A stretch of DNA of 64,000 bases from Takakia lepidozioides (GCA_030704615.1 CM060732.1:42408001-42472000); one strand, 5' to 3'. Shown: positions 25,000 to 37,940, counted from the stretch's first letter. A program made the numbers and translations. The notes: generated by a model not told the origin, from the letters alone.

Positions 25000-25535
25000 T
25001 GTGGCAGATTACTTTATTGTGCATATATGTGTGGTGTGGTTTAGGGTTTAGGGTTTAGGGATGTAGTTGTGTAGTGATACGTATGCGCACGACAGCTGTC
25101 AAGTTAAATAAGCACAGTGTGAAACTAACTAGAATAAGCTAGTTATTTGTATTTAACACTTGGATTTAGATCAAGTGTTAAATCAGGTGTCAAGTTTAGT
25201 TTGACACCTGAACCGTCTTATCTTCACGAGAGCGTCAGTTGCGCAGCTCATCTCTCTCGAGTTGAGCCTGCGCGACCGAGCTCCTTCATCGTTTAGAACT
25301 GAGTGTACTTATGATGGGAGGATAGGTTGTTGTGGGGTGGAGTCCCCATAGCTTGGGGTGCCCCTGGCTCGACTATTATCTGAAAGAGTGATGATGAGAT
25401 GGATTTCATGTTTCTTGTGTTAAGAGTGTGTTCTTAGCTTTTCTTATCATTGTGGCAGACTACTTTATTGTGCATATATGTGTGGTGTGGTTTGGACAGC
25501 GATGTAGTTGTGTAGCGATACGTATGCGCATGACA
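25000..25535 (+). repeat. 3' terminal repeat of Gypsy copy 1 with A-B-A structure (A 25000-25094, B 25097-25450, A' 25451-25535)
   Basis: Starts TGTGG right after the PPT and ends TGACA. TGTGGCAGA(T/C)TACTTTATTGTGCATATATGTGTGGTGTGG occurs at both 25000 and 25451. Confidence 0.85.
25040..25060 (+). repeat. Interstitial plant telomere repeat (TTTAGGG)3
   Basis: Three perfect units, absent from the paralogous A' segment. Confidence 0.9.
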
Positions 25536-26800
25536 CATTCTTCAACCCAAACGGTAGGAACTTCCCATGTTGGTCAATCCCCCAGAATGCCGTCTTTTGC
25601 TTGTCAGTCTCTTTGATTGGCAACTGGTGGTAACGGATCGCAAGTCCAATGCGTTAAACATCTTTGCATGCCCAATGACATCAAAGATCTCCTCTAGAGT
25701 TGACATGACATATCTATCAGACTTAGTCTGACAATTCACAGGCTGATAGTCCCCACACATCATTCTTTCTGTCCAATTGCCATAGATATCCTTCTTAGCC
25801 GGCATCACCATTGCCAAGGCATACTCCCCGCCTGACAACTCCACCAATCCAACTTCGAACAACTCCATAGTCCGTGATTGGATCAATGACCTCTCCATGT
25901 CAATATACCGGTAGGGCATTCGAAAAATTGGTGTGTCACTTGCCAAATCAATACGAATTTTTTGGCCCTTCAAACTCTCTAAATCCTTCAAACCAAAGAC
26001 AAAGCAATTTCTATAAGCCCTTCGAAATTGTTGGATTCTCCGTCTCTCTCCTCCGGTGACTGTAGGTCCAACATCTGGTTCCCAGTTGCCCTCAGTGACT
26101 GCAACCTTGGGTACACCAGGCTTGGAGGTAGGAGACGCATCCTTTGGCGTAGCCTCCACTTGCTCCGCCATAGCCACATTGAGAACATCCTCCGCAAAAG
26201 AAACATCCTCAACCTCTTCAAGAGCCTTGGCCACCTTGGCCTCCAACTGATCCTCCGTGTATGGCTCTCCTCACTCTTCATACTGCTGCTTGAGAGATCC
26301 AATGACTCTCTCTTTCCGCATCTCATCCCAAATCTGCCATGGGTGTTTGCACTCCATGATCATGTGCTCGCCCCCACTCACTGCCTCAACCGTCCCGGTT
26401 GGGAGAGATGATGCAATACCAAATTGGAGTGCAGAAGTAGCCACCACTGTCTGCAACCTCCGTTGCTCAGCCATGCACAAGCTAATGATCCATGTCAAGC
26501 AATTTAGATCCATTGTTTGACCCAACACATGTCGGCGTGATGCCTCTGACAGAGCTGACACAGCTGTAGTACCTGTGACAAATCTCATTGCCCGCTCTCG
26601 TTCATCCGTATTGGGCTCCACCAATTGTTGTAGCACACTGTCCCAAATCAACCCAGGATCATTGTCTCGAAAAGCATGAGATGAAGGAAAACTCATGAGC
26701 GTAAGTAATGTCGCACGTGGCTGCCCCACTTGATTGACCACTAGAGGTGGACGGTCATCATGTCGCACCCTCTGTGGTTGCCTCCCTTGGTCCAAAATGC
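25536..26800 (-). mobile_element. DNMT-Gypsy copy 2 fragment (methyltransferase C-terminus, linker, RT N-terminus)
   Basis: ORFs 26271..26795 (ERERAMRF...RHVLGQTMDLNCL) and 25542..26246 (TPIFRMPYRY...CGDYQPVN) are colinear with 21010-22240. Confidence 0.92.
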
Positions 26801-26803
26801 CCT

Positions 26804-29188
26804 TGTCATGGTTTTAGTCATGGTTAACTAGAATTATCAACTTCTAGTTAACCAGGACATTTTGGATATTTATATTTGTATTTTGTGTATTGGGACTTCA
26901 TTTGGTTTCACATGCCAAGTGAGGTGTCAAACCTCACTTGGGACATGGGGATGGGTTTTTCCCTTGTGAGTGTTGAGGAGGGCTCATCTTCTTGTAATTG
27001 AGCCTCCATGAGCCTCTCTCACCTCCATAGCTCTAGGTATTGAGAGGGAGTGTGTTGAGGGCTTTGTAGGGTGGATTCCCTTAGCAAGGGTCCCTTTGGC
27101 TTGACTTAATTTATGTGATTGAGTGGATTCATGAGTGGAGTGTTCTATTGTGTTCACTTTCATTATCACTACAAAAAGATGACCATATGCTTGTGAGTGC
27201 GGAGTGTAAGGATTAGTTTTGCACTTGTGTTGGTGTACATCAAGGAGTGAGAGAGCTAGGAAAAGCTCAAGTATCTCACAAGGCTTGCAAGGTGTTGTAA
27301 GGAAAGGTGTTTGGTGAAGTTGCATGCACCAAGAAATTGGAGAGCTAGGAGAATTTAGCTCTTGTATCATAAGGCTTGAAAGGCTTGCAAGGAAAGGTAC
27401 TTGTGGTGTTACACCAAGGTGTTGGAAAGCTCAAGAAAGAGCTTGTTTGCCACAAGATTTGCAAGGATTGCAAGAGGGAAGTCTTGTGTGTGTGGAAGTA
27501 TAGATTCTAGGGTTTGAGAATCATTTCTATGCGTTATGGAGTCAATGGTGTATGCCATGGCATGTGGAGAGCAACTAAGGGATTGTTAGTGCTCATTTCA
27601 CTATCAATCTAGGATTAAACAAGTTCGAGGACGGTGTTGGGCAGTTTCGGGGGCGGCTACCGGAAGGGAAGGGAAAGTAGTCTCATACCTTGGAAATGGG
27701 TGAAAAATAAGTTTTAAATGCTGTGAAATGCAGAAAGTGCAAACCATCCACAAGCCTGCGATTTTGATGATTTCAATGTATTAACACGTGAGAACTCGTT
27801 CTCACGTGTGAAAATCATGTCAGAGGTGCAGAATGGATGACAATGGCAAGAGTACAAAAAAGACGTCATATGTAACTCCATTATGTGTAACCCCTAGTGG
27901 AGTTACACACCTCATCATGTAACCCGATGTAACCCCGAGTGGAATTACACACCTCGTCGTGTAACCCGATGTAACCCCGAGTGAAGTTACGCACCTTGTC
28001 GTGTAACCTAGTGTAACCTCGACTAGAGTTCACCATCATTCGGTTCTATGTCACTCTCAAGAGGCTCCAATTGCCGTTTTACGGAGTCTAGACGAGGAAA
28101 TACGCGTCGCCTTGGTGGTCTATCGTCTCGAGGGCGTCGGCATGATGCTGAAGGTTGTGAGAGTCGGAACAGCTGGTCTGGTAGTTGGGTAAGCGACAAC
28201 TCTAATGCATCCGCTTCCTCCATGCTGCCAATACAAGATGCAAGAGTGCTAGAAGTGTAGCTATATACTGATGTGTGGTGCTTCTCCCTCCTTAGCGTGT
28301 ATCAGGTACACTGAATGTGAAGTCTTCACCTTGAAGCTAACTTGGTTGACATCATTGTTGTGACGTCTTATTGACGTGTAGCTCGGGGCTTATCTGGATA
28401 TCTTTGATGGAACTCTTGGACTTTGTCAGATGCATTGGCGATTGGATGAAGGTTCTCATCTTCGTTCACTGATGTCATAGTCAATGTACGAAATACTCAA
28501 GACGTTTATATTTGATGCGAGAGTCTAGGACTTCGTCGACTTTATACTCAATTTCCTGATTGACTTCAATCGTGGAGGTGGTACAGAAACTCGTCCGGGG
28601 ATACTTGAGTGATGATACAACTCTAATAATGAGACATGGAAGACTGGGTGGATGCGCATACTTTGTGGAAGTTCAAGCCAAAAACTGACCGGATTTATTT
28701 GTCGAATAATTTTGAATGGTCCCAGGGGTTGATAATCCAACTTCCTTGATGGTCGCGAGGTTTGTGTGTCCCGTCGAAGAAGCCATACACGATCTCTGAT
28801 CTTGAACTGGGGTTGGAGTTGGCAATGTTGATCTGCATACTCCTTGTATTATTTTTGAGCTTCTGCGAGGTGGAATGTAAGCTCCTTCTGAATCGTAGCA
28901 AGATGAGTAGCAAGGTTTTCTGCAGCAGGGCTTCCAACAGTCTTCATGTGGAAAGGGTTTGCTTGAGGATGATGACCATAATTGGAGAAAAATGAAGTTT
29001 GTTTGGTCGAAGAATGTATAGTGTTGCTGTAGACAAACTTAGCTAATGGCAGAAGGTCCGTCCAATTATTTTGGTGATAATTTATCATACAACGAAGATA
29101 CTGCTCCAAAATCTGGTTTACGCATTCGGTTTGATCATCAGTATGTGGATGATTAGATGTAGAAAGGTTGATCTTAGTATCCAATATG
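26804..29188 (-). mobile_element. Chromovirus-type (possibly Tcn1-like) Ty3/Gypsy remnant: integrase core, GPF motif, chromodomain and probable long terminal region ending ...CATGACA at 26804
   Basis: [35 protein letters not shown]...[11 protein letters not shown], and [11 protein letters not shown]...LEYFVH...FHQRYP (about 28385-28560). About 41-bp tandem repeats at 27880-28020. Confidence 0.8.
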
Positions 29189-29189
29189 T

Positions 29190-29940
29190 GAAATAATCCC
29201 CTCCAAAAATTTGATATAAATTGTGGCTCGCCCCTGCCCTCGTGACAAAGGGCTCACATTCGTGAAGCACCTCGCGTGGATTGCTCACCCTACGTAAAGA
29301 ATTGAAAAAGAAAGAAAAAGAAAAAAATGCCTTATCAGGCTGGCGAGTAGCGTTACGGAATGTAAGCCACTCGCGCTCCATGACGCTACTCACCACTTGG
29401 CGCTTTATTCCACGAAATAAGCCCACTCGAAATACAAAGGAGTTTTGTTGAAAATTCTTTACGATACTCATTGCGTTGCACTTGGCTGGCTCATTTGGAA
29501 TGACTCAAAGATGTGCGGTTGGCATCCAGCTCCCCAATCCATTTCACCTGATTCCATGGATTCGCATTGTATTCTTGTGCTTCATGAGACGTAACATGGT
29601 GCCCCTTCACCGACTTACAGAGCTTGTCAGCTTCCTGGTCCGATTTGGACAAAGCCTCCTTCCTGTTAATATTGTCTTCTTTTGTTTCTGGAGCATCGAA
29701 CAATGAGTCGGTGGAGACTGAATACCCTGAATAGGGTGACAAGATATCCAGGACAATGTAGCCAAGGAGGATTACTATGGTACACAAATATACTCGTGGA
29801 AGCGTGCCTCGATTTGCCCCCGGAAACTCACGAAAGTAGGTCTTCATTCTGATTTCCTTGTGCTGCTTTTGCTTGCCTTCCAGTGGATTAAACTCGATAT
29901 TTCCATCTCTCCCAGGAGAGCGTCCTGGTCTGTATTCCAT
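29190..29940 (-). pseudogene. Probable 5' half of the same FkbM-type gene (type II membrane anchor and stem), disrupted
   Basis: ORF 29491..29940 has a TM segment (VYLCTIVILLGYIVLDIL), then a stop, and coding-like sequence continues in ORF 29118..29471 to ...YQIFGGDYF, where chromovirus sequence starts. Same strand as the 3' half; the linkage is inferred. Confidence 0.45.
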
Positions 29941-30698
29941 GTCGAGACAATCTGTAATCTATGGAGGTGATAGACCAAGCATACATAATATTGTGGGTTC
30001 CAATTGTACTCTCTGATGCTTGGAAGTTCTTTCGTGTTACATTCCTACACCTATCTTGGAAGCCAAATGCTAATGGAGCTCCGTCCGGAACTCGACAAAT
30101 AAAAGTATGAGTACTACGCCGCAGGGGCACCGTGACTGTCTTTGAAACTGTAATCAGAATGTGGTTGCTAACTTACGTGAGAAGAATTCATCAAACTGTG
30201 ATCGCCTGCTCAAAATGCACCTAGCACGTCAAGCACCGTACTTGAGCTCTTACACTACGGGTCACCGATCTTATTCTTTGAGAAGGAAACCATTGGCGGC
30301 CCGTGTGCTCGCCTGCGGTTAGGGGAAAGCTTCCAGTTACTTGATGAATGGGCGAAGGATCCTCTTACGATCCATCCTTTGAGGTCCTACGGTAATCACC
30401 ATTCTTATGTGGCTGTCTCTTGTCGGCCAGTAAGTTTTCGAACTCTCTCTCACATCCACTGGCATGCATCCTTCTCTCTGCTCCAGGAAAGTACTGCTGT
30501 TATTTGCTTCAGTGTGTAGTCTCTGCAGGGAAAGTACTGTAGCATTCTAGGAGAACTTGAGTTAGAAAAACTGCCTCACCATGTTTCAGGGAAGACCAAT
30601 ATTTGAAGCCTTCATAGATCCGTTTGGCATGTTAGGCTGTTGGCTTGGAGTGGACTTGGGTGTGAACAGCAGTGCACTAGAGCATCACAACAAGCCAC

Positions 30699-30994
30699 AA
30701 GGACAGTAGTGTAACTCTACCCACAGAACGGCATAAGAGTACTTCGTGCCTTTTAATCCTTGGGAAGTCAATGTCTGGAGCACACCATCCGTGTGTTGAG
30801 AATATTGGACCCAACTCAATCAATCATGAGATTGTGAATGGTACAGAAGGACAGTAGTGTAACTCTACCCACAGAACGGCATAAGAGTACTTCGTGCCTT
30901 TTAATCCTTGGGAAGTCAATGTCTGGAGCACACCATCCGTGTGTTGAGAATATTGGACCCAACTCAATCAATCATGAGATTGTGAATGGTACAG
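30699..30994. repeat. Tandem duplication of 148 bp just downstream of the ABCD stop codon
   Basis: 30699-30846 repeats at 30847-30994 with no differences that I could see. Confidence 0.92.
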
Positions 30995-31086
30995 ATTGTA
31001 TTTTATTTAAAGGTGATTAGATGTTTTCAATCATTTGGAAGAAAAAATCAGGAGGGAAACAGACACTGGATACGAGAGTCAGACAA

Positions 31087-34000
31087 TCACACAATCCGGG
31101 TGCCATCAGACCTTTCAAACTCCTTGCGGGTATATACTCGCCAGCTGGTATCCATAAACTCTAAGACATGAGTGTGATATTTGAGTAGAGATGTCCTATG
31201 TCCGACTGATACATAGGTCTCAATTTTGTCTTCTAAAAGGGAGTACAGGCGTGACTCATTAGCAGCATCAAGAGCACTGCTTGCCTCATCCAAAAAGGCC
31301 ACTTTTGGCCGATGCAAAATAAGCCGGGCGAAAGCCATTCGCTGCTGTTCTCCGGAGCTCAACACATTGGACCAATCGCAGACTGCAGATAGCCCTCCAA
31401 TGCGTGAGGGAAGGTCCTTTAATGACACCTCTTCCAAGACATTCAAGAGATCCGTGTCAGTCAGGTTGTAATTTGATGGAGAATTCTCTGCTGATGGGAA
31501 AAGAAGCTGTTCCCGGAGAGATCCCAGTGGCATGTAAGGCTTCTGGGGGAGGAAGAAACCATCATCAAGAGGAGCTTGCACAATTCCACTGCCACGGTTC
31601 CACAGGCCAGCTATGGCTCGCAACAGTGATGACTTGCCGCAGCCTGAAGGGCCCATTACCAGTAAAGACTCTCCTGGTGCCAAATGAATGTTGAGGTCAC
31701 GGAATAGCACGCAATGTCCATTTGGGGTCACCAGTGACAGGTCTTTCAAGAGTAGGCCTGGTCCTTCCTCTCGAGTAATACGTCCTGCACGAGGCATCAG
31801 ACAGTGAGTTTGAGTGTCATGGACACTGTAAGATGATGTTTTGCACTCCACAGCACTCTCCATACCTTATGACATCGAATTAATACAGAGTGTTCCAAAG
31901 GATACCAGAGTCAGTTGCATTCACCAATATAGTCTTCTCCACTACTAGAGCCGGCGTTCACCAATGGGTAGTGGCCCCATCCTGCTTTACCTGGGGTCCC
32001 TGTTCACTACTGCCTCTATATTAATGTGACTCAATTGTAGGGCCTAGCCACAAGTCTTATGAGTACATTTTCTCTCTCAGCAAAGGCAGTCCGTTCCCTC
32101 TTGTTCTGCCCAAACTGGGCGCAGGGTCTATGCCCACAATGCTACAGCAAACAAGGTCTTAAGATAACCTTCTCTCTCTCAGGCAAGAGATAACACATGT
32201 AGTGCTCCAATTACGGAGCAAAGGAGCCAAACAGGCAGGGACATTGTGAACAGACCAGAGGGGATGGTGCCTGCCACAAGGCTCAAAAGGGGACTGGCCC
32301 CGTCATCACCCTCAATAGAAAGCGATACCCCTGAGTTAGAACGCAATGTTTCTCCATTCCTCAAGCCAAGGTCCCCACTGTGGTCCTCCAAAGCTCCCAG
32401 CAGACTATCCAGCCTCTCTGTCTGAGCTGCAAGACCACTGCAACACACCAACATGAGTTATCTTAGCTTATGAGTATGCCTTGCAGACTCGTGCGTTGTT
32501 CCATGAGAACCACTTCTATACACGAAACTTGGGATTACTAGCTTTTTTCATGGGCACCTTCCCAGTTTAAAAATTATCACCAGAGAGGAGGCAAGTTAGC
32601 ACAACAAAAAGGGAATAGGAGGAGGGGGCGAGGGGCAGGAGGATAGATGCTTAAAGCTTACATGGGTGCTGTTGCCTTCAAACTTGAGGAATAGGCACCC
32701 TTGTGTAGATGAGATTTGCAGCATGCAGCTGCTGACTATGACTTAAGTTTCAGAAAATGAAGGTGGGCTAGGTACTACCATTTACTACATTTGGACACGA
32801 GGTGTTAACTTATCTTTATAGATTGAGGGTATTTAGAAGCACAAGATCCTTCAGGGTTTTCACAAGTTCTAATGTACGGCGGGTAGATTCCTAAATCCAT
32901 TGAGGATAGACCCTCTAGAAAAACCCGAGAGATTCCTACCTTAGGCCATCAAACTTGAGCACAATCACTGAGAGAGCTGCCAAAATTCTGTGGAAAGCAA
33001 AGCCGGTTTGTGAGATCACACCAAACTCCACCTGCCCAGTGCAACCACAGCAACATATGACTCGTCTGTGTGAAGCTACAGGAGTACTATACCAACTTCT
33101 GCAATGAATACTATGTTCCCTAGATAATATCAAAGCCAGCCATTACATCAATCTTCAGTTCCATGCAGCCAGATTCTAGTAGGTTGCATGGAGGTTACGA
33201 TCACAACAGGCTGATCATACCCTGATAGATAGTTAGCCTGTCAGGGATATCCTCGTGGATGTGTTTGCTAGGAAATCATCACCCAAAACCCTCTGATTTT
33301 CTGTGTCTACAGTGTCTGTGGGCCCTCTGGGAGAGATGGGAAGGGTACCTGGCCAGAAAAGTAGCGGGGCGCAATGATAATGGACGGAACCATTATAATG
33401 GAGAACTCGTAGGCATTGCTGAACAATGAAAGGTGGCGGTTCCACGTTATAAGCTCCCTCACATTTGCCACCAAGGCCGCCAAAAAGGTCTAAACCACAG
33501 TATTTAAGGAAACACAACACACCATGAAACAAACTCTGGAAAGATGGCAGTAAGGATTCAAATGAACCTCTTTTAAGAGCTGGAGAATGGTCCAGCCACT
33601 CAACTGTAGATAAGGAGAAAACAAATTCTCTATATTGCACACCCTCAGAGACAAGCTCTTCCTGTCCTAAGTTTCTCTCTCTCTGCTCTTTGCTCTTGCT
33701 CTCAGAATTTCTTTGAAATTGGGAAGATATGTGTGTTCAACATGTCGCTCTCTCCACTCTCATTCTCTCTTGTCGATGGGCCCTCGGGGGTCCATGTAGA
33801 CATTATGAGGTTTCTTTTTGTGTGTGTGAGTGTGTGTATTGTACCTTTATGGTCACAGCCTCATGTCCCTCACCACGATAGAACGCAATGGATTCCACAT
33901 TGTCACGCACGCGAACGAGCGAGTAACGGAGATCTGCCTCCTTTTGCAGTGCCTGCAACAAAAAAGATGTACATCTAGAAGATTCAATCTGAGCCCATGA

Positions 34001-37000
34001 TAGTCCCACAGTACATGACCCTCATCCAATGCCCCAGAGGCATGAGGATACAAAATGGGATGCATGTTAGGTTCTAGCCTGGAGCATACAAAGATGAAGG
34101 GTTGACAGTGGCCAAGTCTAAAGATGTTGAAGAGACGAAACACTCACCTGGAACTTGAGACGCATAAGGCGCTTGCCAAATACGCGTACTGTGACCAGGG
34201 TACCAATTGCTGAATATGCAACCAGGAAGTACACCAACTCCGGCGCGATGGACCTGTAACACCATGAGACCGTGTTAAGAAGGAAATGAAGCCTTCCTTC
34301 CCCGAACAGCACAAAATACAATTCACTTACCAAACATTACCCACATACTGTTGCATGGTCATGATCTGTTGACCAATGCATCTCACATGTGCAAAAAAGA
34401 AAACCTCTTATGCCAGAGGTCGCACATACTCAATTCCTAGAACTGAACATCTTCTTGCCAAATGAACAGACCCAACAGCATAAGAGTGACAAACTCAGAC
34501 TGTCCAATGTCAAAAGACTCAAATACTACATCATGGATAGAGATGACTGTGCGTATGTGCTCAGTTTCCCTCCCCTTTGCTTTTCTCCTACATTGTTGGA
34601 TAAACGTTGGTCTAAGCAATAGAAATCTACCAGAGAACTCCACTGAAGCCAAGAATGTTGAGGAGTTTGCTGCCAAGCAAGGCAATGATGTCCACTGAAT
34701 TGCGCACAAAGCTTGCCACATCCTCACAAATTCGTTGGTCAGGGTTGTCAAGTTTGCCCTGCATTTTTAAATCAAAGTATGCCCGGTTGGCTTCAAACAC
34801 CACCCACCACCACACCCATTACCAAAAAATATTCATGCTTGTTCGCTAACCCATGACTATTGGTCAAAAGTTACCAGTCTACCAACAAAGCTAACACCCA
34901 GTGAGTGGTGGGACGAGGGTTCGGTGTATATTTTCAGCTATCCAGCTTAGTGCATGTTACGGCATAGCATTATGTAAGTTACTTGAGCACATTTGAAAAC
35001 TGTGTGTGGGGATGGCTTCCACCTAATGAAAAATATACCTCTTTCTTCCTTGATAATAAAACTGCATCCTCATCACTTCTTTCCACCATAGTTTCCCTAT
35101 ATCTGTGATAAATCCTTAGTGTTGACTCAGATGAAGCGTTCAAAGACATCAAGCTGGACTGTGCTAAGTACCTCACCAAAGGCCACGTGGTCTTGTTAGG
35201 AAACTTTAACGCCCAGGTGGCAAGGGTCTATAACAAGACAATGTCATAGGGCTTTTTGGTGAGGATGAGCAGAATGCCAAAGGAAAAAGACTTGTCAACT
35301 GATGGTAGAACTTCAGCGTCTGACCTTGAGCAATAGGTCCATAGAAGACCCTTTTCTGTGGACCTGTGAAAAAGCCCAAACTGGGGAACAGTCCATTGTG
35401 GATTATCTCTTAGTGAATAAGGAGTTGTTTGCCCAATGTGCCAAAGTGGCGTTAGACAGAACAGATATTGGGTCTTCTGACCACTTTCTTGTATGGACTG
35501 CGATCAAAAGGTGTTTTCTTAACACCAAGAGATCTGTGAAACATTCGATTCGAAAGTGGCACATAGAAAAATACCAGAAGGAAAAGGACCAGACAGAATA
35601 TGTCCAGACCTTAAATGAGGCTCTCCCACACTTGATCCAATCACTCCAAGACCTCTCTTCTTGCTTAGGTGATGCAAGAAGCAAGTTGAGATTCTTGGGA
35701 GAGTCTCGTCACCTCTATGGCTGATAAGATCATTGAGAGGGAACTAATTATCTGGGGTAGAGCAGTAGATTGCTGGACCAATGAGGTCAAGCTCAAGAAT
35801 GCTGAGAGAGGGGCACTTTACATAGACTGCTGTAGTATAAACAAAGTCTGAGGTCTCAATACTACCAATTGAACAAAGATGTTAACCAGCTTGGAAGGGC
35901 TCAGAAGAAAGTTTATTGGGAAAAGTTGTACCAAGACATTAACTTGAATCACCATGGTGGTAATGATTCTGGTTGGCCTTACAGTGTTTGTACAAGCCGA
36001 ACAATGGCCAGCAAGTACAGGCTTTAAGGAAGAATACGGGTGCAGTGGTAACTCAACGGTTGACATCGTCAAATCTACAGCCCTCTTGGCCATGAATCTA
36101 ACGCTAACAGTGAGGGGCCTTCTAAAGAATGGAAGGACACAGTAGAAAAATGTTCCTATATTCCAAGGCAGCCCTGATAAACTGGAGTGTATCTCAAAGG
36201 GTTATAACGCACCATTTAGTTCTTCTGAGGTCTTGGAAGCTGTAAAGCATCTAACCCCCTATAAAGCAAGGGGACTTGATGGCATTGTCAATGAGCTAAT
36301 TAAGTATGGTCGTGACCCTATGGTACAGGCCCCTCCCCTTCTCTTTAACCTTATTTGGCAGACTGAAGTATTCCCATTTGTTTAAGGCAGGGAGACATTG
36401 TCAACCTGTATAAGAAAGCTCATGATATCATGCTTCGTAGCACATGGCAAGCTATTTTGTAGGATAATACACATCCGTCTCGAGATTGATCTGGAGTCTA
36501 GAGGTGGCTTTCATGGGCTTTCAAGTATCTGCTATTAGTCCAGAAGAATTGACCCTCCTAGATGAAGCTGACCTGGAGGGGGCAAGAGGGGCAAGAGCAC
36601 TTACAGAAATACTTGGAGAGAAGCAGCTCAGTTAGCCAAATTCGCCATTCAATCACAAGAAGCTCCTGCAACCCAACAAATCTCACCAGCTCAGCAATTT
36701 TTTACAACTTCATAAGATAACAGGTGCACAGTAACCTGCCTGATCTGGCCTACTTCCTACTTGTTCACCAATGAGAAAGAAAGAAAGCAACTGCTCATGA
36801 AATGATGACTCAAAAATATTGGCAAGCAGAGGAAAAGGAGAGAGGACAAGAACCTGCACATAATTGTAGAAAGCAAACAAAGGGGTTGCAATGATCACGA
36901 TGATGACAAATCTCCAGATGGCCTTATGGAACCCAGCCACATCCTTGCCAGAAAGGGCTGTTGAGAAGTCTCTTTGGATGAAGGACAGGAGCACAAACAT

Positions 37001-37940
37001 TCCTGCCATATACCAACATTCTTGACTTAGTCCAAGTGGACTTATCTCTAGGCAAAAATTGAACCTGCTTTCTTTGGCACATTGACAGAATCAGACCGGG
37101 GCATCTGGTCAGTCTTGCTTTTGATTAAAATTTTGTCAGCTTCTATTGCATTATATAGATTTGCTACCAACACAGCCCAATGGTTGCTCAAGGCCCTCTA
37201 GCACAGTTCTAGGCACAACCCTTGGTTGGACACTACATTATCTTTTCCATCCAGCTGAAGGTCCAAAAGTAACAGAACCTTTCTGTCTTTGAAATTGAGC
37301 CATGTTCACACGCCCAACAAGTCATTAAGTCATTAGGTGTGAGTCCTGCAGATGGCTGACCCCCAAGTCCATGTGGGAGAACTGAATCTGGGGTGGCAGC
37401 AAAATGGAAGGAGATGCTCACCCCAGCCCAAATAAACTCGCCCTGAAAGCAGGCCTAAACGGTTTAGCACTTTGTTTTTAAGTTCATGTATCTGATCCTA
37501 GAGAGCTGACACCGCAGTAGGGATGTGTGATGGCTTTCTGTATTGTGGGTTTCATGCCAGCAGTCTGGAAGTGTAATTATGCTTGCAGGAACCCCCCGCA
37601 GTCCAGCTACGGGGTGTCTTTCCGATTCATGTGAGGGTGGGCATTGCCATCATACTAGGTATCGGATCAAATAGTATCGAGTCCCAGAGACCCAAGTGGG
37701 CTACAGCCGAAAACAGTCGCTGCACAATGAAAAGAAGAAAAATGTCTCACCTGCACAGATTGCACAGAGGAGGAGGACGACCGCCAACAACCCGCGGGCT
37801 TTGACTTTACGGTCGCCCTTGAAAAAGATGATTGCCACTCGCCATAGTTTTTTCAGTAGTAGCCATGATGGTGTCGGACTTGCTTGCCCCGTGCTATCAG
37901 CTGTGGCTGCCTTGGGCGATGCCCCTCCTACCGCTGTCAT
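31087..37940 (-). CDS. ABC transporter subfamily D half-transporter (ABCD2-like), 623 aa; exons 37940-37751, 37002-36854, 36665-36605, 34790-34631, 34253-34148, 33952-33845, 33489-33349, 33031-32940, 32437-32271, 31784-31087
   Basis: The exons splice in frame (1872 nt). Motifs: WRIWLT, DNPDQRI, EADLRYSLVRVRDNVESIAFY, Walker A GPSGCGKS, LSSGEQQR, FLDEASSALD. Confidence 0.9.
35100..36520 (+). mobile_element. Degenerate LINE fragment (APE endonuclease and start of RT) in ABCD intron 3, antisense to the gene
   Basis: VVLLGNFNA, SIVDYLLV, SSDHFLV, then PFSSSEVLEAVKHL..YKARGLDGIVNELIKYG and LFNLIW. Many stops and frameshifts. Confidence 0.85.

Larger units (their letters stand above)
18155..25535 (+). 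mobile_element. Ty3/Gypsy LTR retrotransposon, 5'-truncated: gag(CCHC)-protease-DNMT3-like methyltransferase-RT-RNaseH-integrase-PHD, then PPT and terminal repeat (copy 1)
   Basis: ORFs starting at 18391, 19135, 20080, 21010, 21301, 21745 and 23161 are all in one frame, broken only by TAG stops. Motifs: CWTCGGPHVKKDC, VLLDSGA, YIDDIII, LHTDWS, HKELGH, SLDFAG/LTDQG/LAERVV. PPT AGGGGGGCGA at 24989-24998. Confidence 0.95.
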
